In this document: piece by piece, positions 22,839 to 32,714 of the stretch
Position numbering within the stretch: the first letter of the stretch is position 1
Layout of the letters: every line of letters starts with the position of its first letter
Origin: Candidatus Marinacidobacterales bacterium
GTDB lineage: Bacteria; Acidobacteriota; Vicinamibacteria; Marinacidobacterales; DATDRI01
Direction of reading: 5' to 3'
Assembly: GCA_965219415.1 (NCBI GenBank)
Contig: CBDCNP010000002.1
Coordinates: forward strand, 1,600,001-1,664,000
DNA length: 64,000 nucleotides
Notes under the pieces: generated by a model
Seen by the model: only the letters and a program-made list of their open reading frames with translations
The model's database searches: none
What the model was told of the DNA's origin: nothing
Made by a program: the position numbers and the translations under genes

Positions 22839-24247
22839 GAAGAACTCTAATTGGTATTTGGTGCCTATTGCTGCTGTCTACTTGCCAAACCCCACCCGCG
22901 GACACCCCAGCGGACGGGGCCGACATCGTGGACATCGTTATTCGGGGAGGGACCGTGGTCACCATGGATCCGGGGAGACGAATCCTCGAAGGTGGCGCGG
23001 TCGTCGTTCGTGGGGCGACGATTGAAGCGGTGCTCGAGGCCGGGGAACCGGTTCCCGCGGCACGCGAGACCGTAGACGCCACCGGGCACCTCGTGATTCC
23101 GGGTCTGGTCAACACGCACGGTCACATTGCCATGAGCCTGCTACGGGGCATCGCCGACGATCTCATTCTCATGGAATGGCTCGAGGGATACATCTTCCCC
23201 GCCGAGGGGCAAAACGTCTCGCCGGAGTTCGTCTACTGGGGCAGTCTTCTCGGCTGCATCGAGATGGCGTTGAGCGGAACCACCACCTTCACCGACCAGT
23301 ACTATTTCGAAGAGGAGGTGGCCCGCGCGACCGACGAGGCGGGGCTGCGAGGCGTACTCGGGCAGACTATCATCGGCTTTCCGGTCCCGGATTACGCGAC
23401 ACCAGAAGAGACGCTAACAAGCACAGAGAAATTCATAAAAGAGTACAAAGACCACCCAAGGGTCACGCCGTCGGTTGCGCCGCACGCTCTTTACACGACT
23501 TCGCTCGAAGTCGTCAAAAATGCCTATCGGCTCGCCCAACGCTATGAAGTCCCTTTTCAGATCCACGCGGTGGAACCCCCTACTGAGAATGACACCGTCA
23601 AAGAAAGGCTGGGAAAGGAAACCATCGCCGTCCTCGATGACGCGGGGATTCTTTCCCCTGGCGTGGTATTGCATCATTCGATCTGGTTGTCCGATGAAGA
23701 CATCCAACGCATCGCTCGAAGCGGCGCGGCCACCTCCCACAACCCCGAGAGCAACATGAAGACGGCATCGGGGTTGGCCCGCGTTCCCGATCTCATCGCG
23801 GCCGGTGTGACGGTGGGTCTCGGGACGGATGGGCCGGCCAGCAACAACAACCTCGACATGTTCGAGGAGATGGATACCGCCGCGAAGCTTCACAAGCTCA
23901 TCAGGGAGGATCCGACGGTGATGCCGGCGGAAAAAGTCTTCGAGCTAGCCACGCTGGGAGGAGCAAAGGCTCTGGGCCTCGAGGAGTCCATCGGTTCGAT
24001 CGAAGCCGGCAAGCTGGCCGACCTCGTGCTCATCGATGCCAGGGTGCCGGGGCTGACGCCACTCTACGATGTTTACTCCCACCTCGTTTACGTCATCAAA
24101 GGAGGTCACGTAGGAACCGTATTGGTCGGAGGGAACTTCGTGGTGCGAGACAGGAAGGTGACGACCGTCGATGTCGACGAAGTCATGGCCAAGGTGCGAG
24201 AGTTCCGAACACGCATCCTCGAGAGCCTCCAAGGAAGCGACCGGTGA
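22835..24247 (+). CDS. Amidohydrolase, MTA/SAH deaminase-like, with lipoprotein-type signal
   Basis: PGLVNTHGH, APHALY, HNPESNMK, GTDGPASNN; N-terminus MRR...LLLSTC. Confidence 0.85.
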   Translation: MRRTLIGIWCLLLLSTCQTPPADTPADGADIVDIVIRGGTVVTMDPGRRILEGGAVVVRGATIEAVLEAGEPVPAARETVDATGHLVIPGLVNTHGHIAMSLLRGIADDLILMEWLEGYIFPAEGQNVSPEFVYWGSLLGCIEMALSGTTTFTDQYYFEEEVARATDEAGLRGVLGQTIIGFPVPDYATPEETLTSTEKFIKEYKDHPRVTPSVAPHALYTTSLEVVKNAYRLAQRYEVPFQIHAVEPPTENDTVKERLGKETIAVLDDAGILSPGVVLHHSIWLSDEDIQRIARSGAATSHNPESNMKTASGLARVPDLIAAGVTVGLGTDGPASNNNLDMFEEMDTAAKLHKLIREDPTVMPAEKVFELATLGGAKALGLEESIGSIEAGKLADLVLIDARVPGLTPLYDVYSHLVYVIKGGHVGTVLVGGNFVVRDRKVTTVDVDEVMAKVREFRTRILESLQGSDR

Positions 24248-25299
24248 GTACGGAAACTCTGCGGAAGCTACCTAAGGTCGAGATCCATCTACATCTTGAA
24301 GGAGCCATCCCACACGATTGCCTTTGGGAGCTGATCAAGAAATATGGCAAGGCCTCCGAAGTGAAGGAGGTGTCCGGCCTCCAAGCGAGATTCCAATACA
24401 AGGATTTCTCGCAATTCATCGAAACCTGGATATGGAAAAACGGCTTTCTGCGCGAGTACGACGATTTTACTTTCTTCGCCGACCGTATCGCAGCCGACTT
24501 GGTGGAGCAAAGAATTCGCTACGTCGAAGCCTTCTACACGCCGGGCGACTTCGCGGAGCATGGGCTGAAGCCGCAACGGATCACCGAGGCGCTCAGGAAG
24601 GGGCTCGACGAGCACGCCGATCGGGTCACGGTGAAGCTCATAGCGGATCTCAACCGCGATTTCGGTCCAGAGATCGGAGCAAGATGTCTCGAGGAAGTCG
24701 GCGAGGTGCAAGAGTTAGGCGTCATCGGGATCGGAATCGGAGGCTCGGAGCAACGATTCCCGCCAGAGCCATATCGCGACGTCTACGAACGGGCAAGGGA
24801 GCTCGGCTTCCACACCACCGCACATGCCGGGGAAGCGGCGGGGCCCGAAAGCATCTGGGGGGCGATCGAAACGCTCCGGGTGGAGCGAATCGGACACGGC
24901 ACCCGTGCCATCGAGGATGCCAAGCTGGTCGAGCACCTCAACGAGCGACAGATTCCGCTCGAGGTCTGCCCCATCTCCAACGTCCGAACCGGTGTCGTGC
25001 AGAATCTAAAGAGCCATCCCATCCAGCAATACTTCGAGAAAGGACTGTTGGTCTCCATCAACTCGGACGACCCCAAGATGTTCGAGACCAGCCTGGAGAC
25101 AGAGTTCACGGAACTGATGGAGACTTTCGGCTTCGAGCTGGAAGACGTCAAGAAGCTCATCGCAAACGGTATTCGCTCGGCCTGGTGCGACGAGGCGACG
25201 AAGAAGGCGTTGCTAGACGAGCTAGGAGAGCCCTCAGCCCGCGCGCGGTCGCCTGCCGACGGAGCGCGAACGCCTGGGGGTGGGGCCCCGGGCGACTAA
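24244..25299 (+). CDS. add: Adenosine deaminase
   Basis: LPKVEIHLHLEG, HAGE, RIGHG, EVCPISN, NSDDP. Confidence 0.92.
   Translation: MSTETLRKLPKVEIHLHLEGAIPHDCLWELIKKYGKASEVKEVSGLQARFQYKDFSQFIETWIWKNGFLREYDDFTFFADRIAADLVEQRIRYVEAFYTPGDFAEHGLKPQRITEALRKGLDEHADRVTVKLIADLNRDFGPEIGARCLEEVGEVQELGVIGIGIGGSEQRFPPEPYRDVYERARELGFHTTAHAGEAAGPESIWGAIETLRVERIGHGTRAIEDAKLVEHLNERQIPLEVCPISNVRTGVVQNLKSHPIQQYFEKGLLVSINSDDPKMFETSLETEFTELMETFGFELEDVKKLIANGIRSAWCDEATKKALLDELGEPSARARSPADGARTPGGGAPGD
25228..25299. repeat. REP-like element (AGCCCTCAGC...CGCCTGGGGGTGGGGCCCCGGGCGA)
   Basis: Related copies at ~37550-37625, 50482-50590, 50744-50850, 59785-59905 and a partial at 26887. Confidence 0.8.
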
Positions 25300-25403
25300 T
25301 TGATTTTAAGGCTCTTCGTCAGGGATCGGAATGCGGGTGCTGATGATTGTCCTGTCGAAGCGAACGTTCTGCGGCGGCGCCAGACTCGGAGGCTCGGTGG
25401 CCA

Positions 25404-26800
25404 TCACCGCCGACTGGGATTGGGGAGGCGTCGCAGGTCGGAGATCCTTGGGCACCGGGAACTGACCACTCGGCGGACGGCTCTCACAAATGTATTGTTC
25501 TGAGGCGGGAGGACCCGGTTCCTTCCCTGATGCTTGGCGGCGTAGAGAGCTTCGTCCGCGGCTTTGAGGAGGCTGGTGCTATCCAGGGCGTCGCCGGGAT
25601 AAGTAGCCACGCCCCCGCTAATACTCAGGACACCAAGAGGTTGCTTCGCCGCAAAGGAGAAGTCGTGCTGCGCGATTAGCGTGCGAAGCTTCTCCGCAAC
25701 ACGGAGCGCCTCCGTATTGGAGGAGCCCGGCAGAATGACCAAGAACTCCTCGCCGCCGAAACGACCGAAGATGCTCTCTTCCCTTACGTTGTCTTTCACC
25801 AAGCCCGCCAACTCTTTCAAGAGTTTGTCGCCGGCGGCGACATGACCATTGACGTCGTTGTAGTTCTTGAAATGGTCTATGTCGAATAAGAAAACGGAAA
25901 GGTTGGTCAATTGTTTCTGTGCCTGGTAGATCCTTTCGCCGAGCGCTCCGACTAAGTGGCGTTTGTTGTAGATACGAGTGAGGCCATCCATATCGGCGGT
26001 GATTTTCATCTGGCGGTAGGCGGTGACGTTATGCATGGCGACCGCTCCGATCTGCGCGATCAGCCACATCGCCTTCTTGGTAACGCTCCCCTGATACGGC
26101 GAACCGGAGATTGCGATCACGCCGACAGTCTTCTCGTCGAAGACCATGGGTGCCGCCAGGTCGGGTTTGAAACCGGGCATGGTTTTTCCGTCGATCTTTT
26201 GTCGGCTGAGAGACGTTTCTCGTTCGAAATCCTCACGACTCATCGTGAGCTGGGCCTCGGCAACGAAACCGAGGTCCCCTTCGCCGATGTTGATCTGAGA
26301 CCCGGGCTTGATGGAAGAGGTCGTAGGATGCACCGCCGCCACGGTGAGACGGCCGGCTCTCTCGGGCTCGGATTCTGCGCTGCGGCGCCGCAACAAGACC
26401 ACCGCCTGCCGCGGCTCCAAGGTTCGGATTACGACCTGTAGCAAAATACCGGGGATTCGGCGCGCTTTGACCCGAGAGTGAAGCTGCTCGGTGAGCAGCG
26501 GGAGCTCGCGCACGAAACGGTCGAGGAATTCCTGTCTCTCCAATCCCTGGAGAAGCTCTTTTTTTTGCCGCGTGAGGGCATCTGCTTCCGAGCTAACTCA
26601 CTCGAACTCGGTGCGGAGGCTCATGTAGCGGGTAACGATGTAGAACAGACCGATGCTCAGAGCCAATGCGATCAGGATGACCGATGTCGTCAGCAACAAC
26701 GTACGCTTCTCCCCCCAGATGGGAATACAAGAATGATGCCGACAACGGCCCCCGGGGCGATGAACACCGCCCGCCGGGGCGAACCCCTAAGCCACTCCAT
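25404..26800 (-). pseudogene. TM-GAF-GGDEF diguanylate cyclase with a frameshift (~26710) and an in-frame TGA (26598-26600)
   Basis: DGLT, DIDHFK, RFGGEEF, ADEALYAAK. The upstream TM/coiled-coil part is in frame but cut by TGA. Confidence 0.8.
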
Positions 26801-26930
26801 CCATAAGGCTTGTCGCTTGAGAAGCAGGCTCGCGGGGAAGCAGAAACACGGTGACTGTAGGAAAAAACCCTTCTCGGCGGGTAAAAGAGCCCTCAGCCCG
26901 CGTGCAGTCCTGAGCCGATGCGGAGTCGCT

Positions 26931-27046
26931 GCGGGCCGCCAAATGACGTGGTGGCTTTGACCGGAGCTAGCCAGGCGGGCACTCAGTTCCCGCGGGCCGC
27001 CAAAATACGTTGTTGCCAATCTGGAGCTAGCCCGGCGGCGGTGAGG
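26931..27046. repeat. Two tandem 61-bp-period units of the dispersed bipartite repeat
   Basis: GCGGGCCGCCAAA...GGAGCTAGCC at 26931 and 26992. Confidence 0.7.
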
Positions 27047-27048
27047 TT

Positions 27049-28689
27049 CTACTGATCCGCGCCGGTGCCGACGTAGCCCAGCGCCTTGAGCATCTCGAGC
27101 TGCTCCGGGTGCCCAGCCACTCGCTGCCGGTGGGTGAGGCGGAAGGCGAGTTTGGGTCTCCAATTCTTGAATTCCCGAGAGAGATCGACCAGCTCTCGCG
27201 GATGGGGAGGCGGTCCGAGGAGATCCTTCTCTTCCCAGGGATCGCTGCGGATGTCGAAGGCGGATTTCCCTGCTTCACGCTTCCACGTCCACTTGTACGG
27301 CCATTTGTAGCCCGCCGCGGCCGCCAAGCGGTTGCTCCCGTGTTTGAGCCCATAGGCCCACCACTCTCGACGCTCGGGGCACCGGCCGGTCCCCCAGCAC
27401 TCGACCAGAGAATGCCCCTCCACTCCCTTGGGAATCGGTAGTCCGATCAGATCGAGAAGCGTAGGTCCAACGTCCACCATCATGGCCCTGGTGTTGTCCA
27501 CGACCTTACCTGGAGGGACACCCGGACCGCGCATCTGCCAGAGTATTCGAAGTTGATCCTCGAACACGTAGGCCGAGTGCCCTAGATACCCGCGACGGTA
27601 TAGTCCCTCCCCATGATCGGAGACGATCACCCAGAGGGTACGGTCCCCGATTCCGAGAGACTCCAATAGCTCGCGCAACTCGCCAACGTACTTGTCCGTC
27701 CACGCAACCTCTTTTGGATACGCCTCCATCACTTCGGACGGCGGCGGGCGCATCAATCTCCCGCGAAAACCGAGTTCCAATTCGACCGTATCGCTCTCGC
27801 GATTCTCGAGCTCGAGGCTCCAGGAAGGGTCGAGCGCAATGTCATCGCTCGACTGTGGCAGCGTCGCGTCGGTCAACTCGGTCAAGTCGTTTTGGCCGAA
27901 CAGATTCATCTTGATACCGGTCTTGCGAAGGTCATCGGGCCGCGGCGCGCGCAGCGAAGTCCACGTCAAGACATGGCGTCCGGGTGACAGGGTAACCGTT
28001 TCTGAGACGTGAGCATGGTTCGCAAGTGTCCATTGGCCAACCAACTTGCCGTCCAGGGTCAGTTGCGTATCGGGCGGGGCGTCTTTGACTAGGTAGGGCT
28101 CGTGTGGATCCGAAAAGTGAACCCACATGAAAAAAGGATCTTGGTAATTTTGCTTGACCCACTCGCTGACCGGCTCGAACAATTCGTCGGCTCGGCGGTA
28201 CCACCTACCCTGCCGTTTGCCAAACGGATCGAAATACGAATCGAAGCCCTGATCGAGCTGGAACGCTTTCATCAAGACACCCAGAGAAACGAACGCCCCG
28301 GTACGATAGCCGGCATCCTTGAATACTTCCGCTAGCGTCGTGAGCCCTCGAGGGACGGCGTCTCCGTTGGCCATGACACTGTGCTTGAAGGGCGACATAC
28401 CGGTCATCAAGTCGGTGTGAGAAGGCAGAGTAATCGGCACCGGAGTGTAGGCGTGCTGAAAAACGACCCCTTGGTGCGCGAAGTCGACGAGATTCGGTGT
28501 CGATTGGTTTTCTGGATTGTAAACCCCCGTCTCGAGGACGTGGAGCGTATCGATCGTGATCAGAACAACGTGGGGATATCGGGCGCGGGCGCGCCTCCTA
28601 GCCACTTCCTCGCCAAAGCCAAAGAGGAAGAGCAATGCTCCGATCAAGCCCAGCGCTAGTAAAGTCCAGAACCATTTCGAGATTTTCAT
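27049..28689 (-). CDS. Membrane-anchored sulfatase-like hydrolase
   Basis: LITIDTL, TLPSH (Thr at the nucleophile position), DPHEPY, SDHGE. Confidence 0.88.
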   Translation of the reverse strand: MKISKWFWTLLALGLIGALLFLFGFGEEVARRRARARYPHVVLITIDTLHVLETGVYNPENQSTPNLVDFAHQGVVFQHAYTPVPITLPSHTDLMTGMSPFKHSVMANGDAVPRGLTTLAEVFKDAGYRTGAFVSLGVLMKAFQLDQGFDSYFDPFGKRQGRWYRRADELFEPVSEWVKQNYQDPFFMWVHFSDPHEPYLVKDAPPDTQLTLDGKLVGQWTLANHAHVSETVTLSPGRHVLTWTSLRAPRPDDLRKTGIKMNLFGQNDLTELTDATLPQSSDDIALDPSWSLELENRESDTVELELGFRGRLMRPPPSEVMEAYPKEVAWTDKYVGELRELLESLGIGDRTLWVIVSDHGEGLYRRGYLGHSAYVFEDQLRILWQMRGPGVPPGKVVDNTRAMMVDVGPTLLDLIGLPIPKGVEGHSLVECWGTGRCPERREWWAYGLKHGSNRLAAAAGYKWPYKWTWKREAGKSAFDIRSDPWEEKDLLGPPPHPRELVDLSREFKNWRPKLAFRLTHRQRVAGHPEQLEMLKALGYVGTGADQ

Positions 28690-28714
28690 CGAGATCTAAA
28701 GGGCTGAAGGAGGG

Positions 28715-29506
28715 TTACACCGAAGAGACAGACGTCTGCTCCAGCATCTTCTTCACTTCATCGAAGAGCAAGCCATTGGTGCTGATGGCGTCGCCACCAT
28801 ATATGCTCGCCTTGCCGTCCCAGTCGGTAAAGGTGCCGCCCGCTTCTTCGAGGATGGGCACCAGGGCAGCACAGTCCCAAGGTTTCATGAGCGGGTCGAG
28901 CATCACCTCGGCTCGCCCGGTCGCGACCAAACAATGGCCATAACAGTCACTCCAACCGCGTTGGAGGCGTGACGCCGCCTTGATACGATCCCAAAAGGCC
29001 CGGGTACGCTCGTCTTCGAGGGTCGCTACTTCGGTATGAGCAACCAATGCCTCTTCGATGCGCGATACGCGAGATACCCTTGCGAGCCGGCCGTTCCACC
29101 GGCACCCCTCGCCCTTGGCGGCGGAGACCGTTTCTTGCAGCCCTGGGAAGTGAGCCACTCCGACGACTACCTCGCCGGCAACCTCGAGCCCTATCAACAC
29201 TCCATAGAGAGGAACCCCTCGGATGAACGACTGGGTGCCGTCGATGGGGTCGATGATCCAGCGATGCGACGAGTCCTTATCCGCCTCACCGAACTCCTCG
29301 CCCAACACAGCGTGATCCGGGAAACGGTGAGCAATGAGCTCTCGGAGCAGCCTCTCCGCCCCCTGATCGGCGGCCGTCACCGGGGACTCATCCTCTTTCC
29401 ATTCAACGTCGACCCCGGTTTGAAAGTGCGCGAGGGTGAACTGACCGGCCTGCCAGGCGGCATCCATGGCGAAATCGAGGAACTCACGATTAGTGATGGG
29501 CGGCAT
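28715..29506 (-). CDS. hisN: Inositol monophosphatase family, histidinol-phosphatase-like
   Basis: SPVTAAD, GEEFG, WIIDPIDGT, PWDCAA. Confidence 0.75.
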   Translation of the reverse strand: MPPITNREFLDFAMDAAWQAGQFTLAHFQTGVDVEWKEDESPVTAADQGAERLLRELIAHRFPDHAVLGEEFGEADKDSSHRWIIDPIDGTQSFIRGVPLYGVLIGLEVAGEVVVGVAHFPGLQETVSAAKGEGCRWNGRLARVSRVSRIEEALVAHTEVATLEDERTRAFWDRIKAASRLQRGWSDCYGHCLVATGRAEVMLDPLMKPWDCAALVPILEEAGGTFTDWDGKASIYGGDAISTNGLLFDEVKKMLEQTSVSSV

Positions 29507-29809
29507 CTATGTTTCTTCGAACAGTTCTCGCCGACCGACTTCGCCCTTCGGGCTTCGTCGAGTCTCGCCGAAGCGACGCATAGGCGGAAGTTTCAGCGCA
29601 CGCGGACACCACAGCATATTCCGGGACGCGCTATTTTCCAAAGGCCTGGTGGAGCCCCCGCCCCCCCTCCAACTGGCACCGCCTGGTTTGGGAGCGCGCT
29701 CTTTGACCCCCTCACCGCGCAGTGTTAAGAATGGCTGGAGCCGGTCTTTCTGAAGCCGGTGTGAGGCTTTTCATAGGCCGGAACAGGCTGGCCTTGTAGA
29801 TTGCGAACG

Positions 29810-30544
29810 ATGGCATCGGAATCCGCCCTCATCTTGTTTACGCTCTCACCCGAAGCGGAGGGCCGCCGGAAGCCGCTCGGCCTAGGAAGGCCTGAGCGTG
29901 CCGCCGATGTGTTCGCGGTCCTTTTCGAGCACCTGGAGAACGTTTGTAGCGGGCTCCACGATGTAGATCTCCTCATCGCCACCCCGAAGCCTTTTAGAGA
30001 TTCGCGGCGGCATTACCTCCCACAAAGGGGCCGGAGCTTCGGAGACTCGCTACGACTGGCGGTCGACGATGCCTTTTCGCTCGGCTACCGACGCGTGGTG
30101 GTCATTGGCAACGATTCTCCGGAGATCTCGCGCCGCTATCTGGAGGACGCGTTCGACGCCCTAGCCTCGTCAGGACCTCGGGCGGCGGTGCTCGGTCCGG
30201 CCAAGGACGGTGGATACGCCTTGCTCGGACTCACGACACCTTGCCCCGAAGCCTTTGCAGCCATGCCCTGGGGGTCGTCGCGTGTTGCGCACCTCACCCA
30301 AGCGCGGCTGGTCGAAAGTCATTTTGTGGTCGAAACACTTCCCGCGCTCGAGGACATCGACGACCGACGCGGGCTAACTCGCTTCCTAACACGCGCACGA
30401 CTCGGATGGCTCGCCCGGCTCGCCCGGCGGATCATAAATCTCCTGCTCCCCGAACCGACCTGCCAAAGAACGACCGAAGGCCACTGGCGGAAGATTTTCC
30501 TTGCCGGGTGGCTCCCCCTCCGCGCTCCGCCTTCCACAACTTAG
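29810..30544 (+). CDS. DUF2064 / TIGR04282-like transferase (CofC-like fold) ending in RAPP
   Basis: QRGRSFGDSL, VIGNDSP, LGPAKDGGYALLG, DIDD; lacks the usual N-terminal KxP..KTRL. Confidence 0.85.
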   Translation: MASESALILFTLSPEAEGRRKPLGLGRPERAADVFAVLFEHLENVCSGLHDVDLLIATPKPFRDSRRHYLPQRGRSFGDSLRLAVDDAFSLGYRRVVVIGNDSPEISRRYLEDAFDALASSGPRAAVLGPAKDGGYALLGLTTPCPEAFAAMPWGSSRVAHLTQARLVESHFVVETLPALEDIDDRRGLTRFLTRARLGWLARLARRIINLLLPEPTCQRTTEGHWRKIFLAGWLPLRAPPSTT

Positions 30545-30600
30545 CCTCACGCCAATTTCTCCAATCTCGGATAACGCCCGCCCTGCGCGGGGAGGATTTT

Positions 30601-31812
30601 ATGTCTGGAAAACGAATTGCGATCATCGGTGCGGGTCCCGTCGGCCTCGAAGCCGCCCTTCACGGCCTGTCCCTGGGCCATCGCGTTCAGGTGTACGAAC
30701 GGGGAACCATCGGCGAGAACATGAATCGATGGGGTCATGTGACCCTCTTTTCATCCTGGGAGCTCAACCATTCCGAACTCGGAGCGAAGACCCTTCGGGG
30801 CGCCGGCCGGCCCCTACCCGCACCGGGGGAGTATTTGACGGGAAGGCAGCACGTGGAGAGATATCTCCGGCCCCTGGCCGACACCGACGCGCTGAGAAAG
30901 TGCATTCGAGAGGAAGTCGAAGTGCTGTACGTCGGGAGAGACGGTATCGGCAAGAAAGATTTGATCGGTGGTCCTCGGGAGCGTCATCCCTTTCGCATTC
31001 TGCTCGAGCGGGAACAGGGCGAAGAAATCGCCGAGGCAGACGTCCTGATCGATTGTTCCGGAACCTATGGCAATCACAACTGGATGGGCAACGGTAACAT
31101 CCCGGCTTTGGGCGAACTAGAGCTCGGCGGACAGATCGCCTACACGTTGCAGGACCTCCTCGGCGAGAAACGCGAGCAGTACTCGGGGCGACGCGTGCTT
31201 CTCATCGGCAGCGGACACTCCGCCGCCACGGCGCTCGAGGCACTCACCCAACTACCAGACACATCGGTCACCTGGATAGCCCAAAGCGCCGAGCAGAATC
31301 CCCTGTCTGTTTTCCCCAACGATCCACTTCCGGAAAGAGACCGGCTTTCCAAGAAGGCAAACGAGCTCGCCAGAGGCGGGGCTCCTCGGGTCGCGTACCG
31401 TCCTGCAACTCTCGTCGAGCGTGTGACGCGCCAGGCAGGATCATTTGCCGTCGAGCTCCGCGCGATCGAGACCGATCGCCGAGAGACGGTCACAGTGGAT
31501 CGCATCCTGGCCTATGTGGGCTACCACCCGGACAATCGAATCTATCGGGAGCTCCAGATGCATGAGTGTTATGCGTCGATGGGACCGATGAAGCTTTCGG
31601 CCGCTCTTCTAGGATCGAGCTCGGCAGATTGCCTCGCCAATGAGTCCCACGGGGCCGATGTCTTGACGAACCCGGAACCGAATTTCTTTGTCCTCGGCTC
31701 GAAGAGCTATGGCAAGAACTCGAACTTCTTGATTCGGATCGGGCTCGAGCAAGTTCGAGAGGTCTTCAGCTCCATCGAAAAAACGACCGCCGTGGATCAG
31801 TACGCATCATGA
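30601..31812 (+). CDS. FAD/NAD(P)-dependent oxidoreductase (flavin monooxygenase type seen near ars genes)
   Basis: GAGPVG, WGHVTLFSSW, GSGHSA, HECYAS, PEPNFFVLGSKSYG. Confidence 0.85.
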   Translation: MSGKRIAIIGAGPVGLEAALHGLSLGHRVQVYERGTIGENMNRWGHVTLFSSWELNHSELGAKTLRGAGRPLPAPGEYLTGRQHVERYLRPLADTDALRKCIREEVEVLYVGRDGIGKKDLIGGPRERHPFRILLEREQGEEIAEADVLIDCSGTYGNHNWMGNGNIPALGELELGGQIAYTLQDLLGEKREQYSGRRVLLIGSGHSAATALEALTQLPDTSVTWIAQSAEQNPLSVFPNDPLPERDRLSKKANELARGGAPRVAYRPATLVERVTRQAGSFAVELRAIETDRRETVTVDRILAYVGYHPDNRIYRELQMHECYASMGPMKLSAALLGSSSADCLANESHGADVLTNPEPNFFVLGSKSYGKNSNFLIRIGLEQVREVFSSIEKTTAVDQYAS

Positions 31813-32714
31813 CCACCCATACTGCCGAAGCTCCGCCGCGTGTCGCCTTGAGTGCGCTCGACGACCTGTGGTTCCAAGTCTCTGGAACACTCTGCAATCT
31901 CACCTGCGCCCATTGCTTCATCTCTTGCAGTCCAACCAACCACGCGTTCGAGCTCATGGACCTCGAAGCCATGAAGCGCCTCCTCGAGGAATCGAAGGCG
32001 TTGGGGGTCAAGGAGTACTACTTCACCGGCGGAGAGCCCTTCATTCATCCCAATATGGTCGAGGTCCTAGAGGCCACCCTTTCGATCGGCCCAGCCACCG
32101 TCCTGACGAATGCCACGGTGATAAAGCCCCAGCACGCGGAGCGTCTCGCCGCCGCCGAGGCGCGATCGCCCTATTCGCTCGAGTTTCGCGTCAGCATCGA
32201 TGGGTACTCCCCGGAGATGAACGACCCCATCCGAGGGGTAGGAACGTTTCGCAAGGCCATGGATGGCGTTCGACTCCTACTGGCGCATGGGTTCCTCCCC
32301 ATCATCACCGTGGCCCAAACCTGGGAAGATGGTCGAGACGACGAAGTCTTTCAGCGTTTCGTCGAAGTACTGAGGATGGAAGGCTATTCCCGTCCCCGGA
32401 TCAAAATCATTCCGCCTCTGCGTATCGGTGCCGAAGAAAATAGGTCGCGCTCTTACACCGATACGGAGCGGGTGACATCAGACATGATGTCGGGTTTCGA
32501 CACCTCACAACTCATCTGCTCCCACAGTCGTATCGCCACCGATCGGGGCGTGTACGTCTGTCCGATCCTCATCGATTCGCCAGAGGCGAAGATGGGAGCT
32601 ACCCTGGCCGAATCGGCCGAACCTTATCCTCTCAAGCACGGTGCCTGCTACACCTGTTACGTGGGGGGCGCTATCTGCAGCAATCTGAGCTCGGGAGGCC
32701 GAGATGTCTCTTGA
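31809..32714 (+). CDS. Radical SAM protein with Cys-rich C-terminal domain
   Basis: CNLTCAHC, TGGEPF; C-terminal C, CPIL, HGACYTC, C. ATGA overlap with the upstream gene. Confidence 0.92.
   Translation: MTTHTAEAPPRVALSALDDLWFQVSGTLCNLTCAHCFISCSPTNHAFELMDLEAMKRLLEESKALGVKEYYFTGGEPFIHPNMVEVLEATLSIGPATVLTNATVIKPQHAERLAAAEARSPYSLEFRVSIDGYSPEMNDPIRGVGTFRKAMDGVRLLLAHGFLPIITVAQTWEDGRDDEVFQRFVEVLRMEGYSRPRIKIIPPLRIGAEENRSRSYTDTERVTSDMMSGFDTSQLICSHSRIATDRGVYVCPILIDSPEAKMGATLAESAEPYPLKHGACYTCYVGGAICSNLSSGGRDVS

Noticed and set aside
26598-26600. TGA in the GGDEF gene as selenocysteine
   Set aside because: It lies in a coiled-coil region with no Cys context, and the gene is also frameshifted; likely CGA to TGA.
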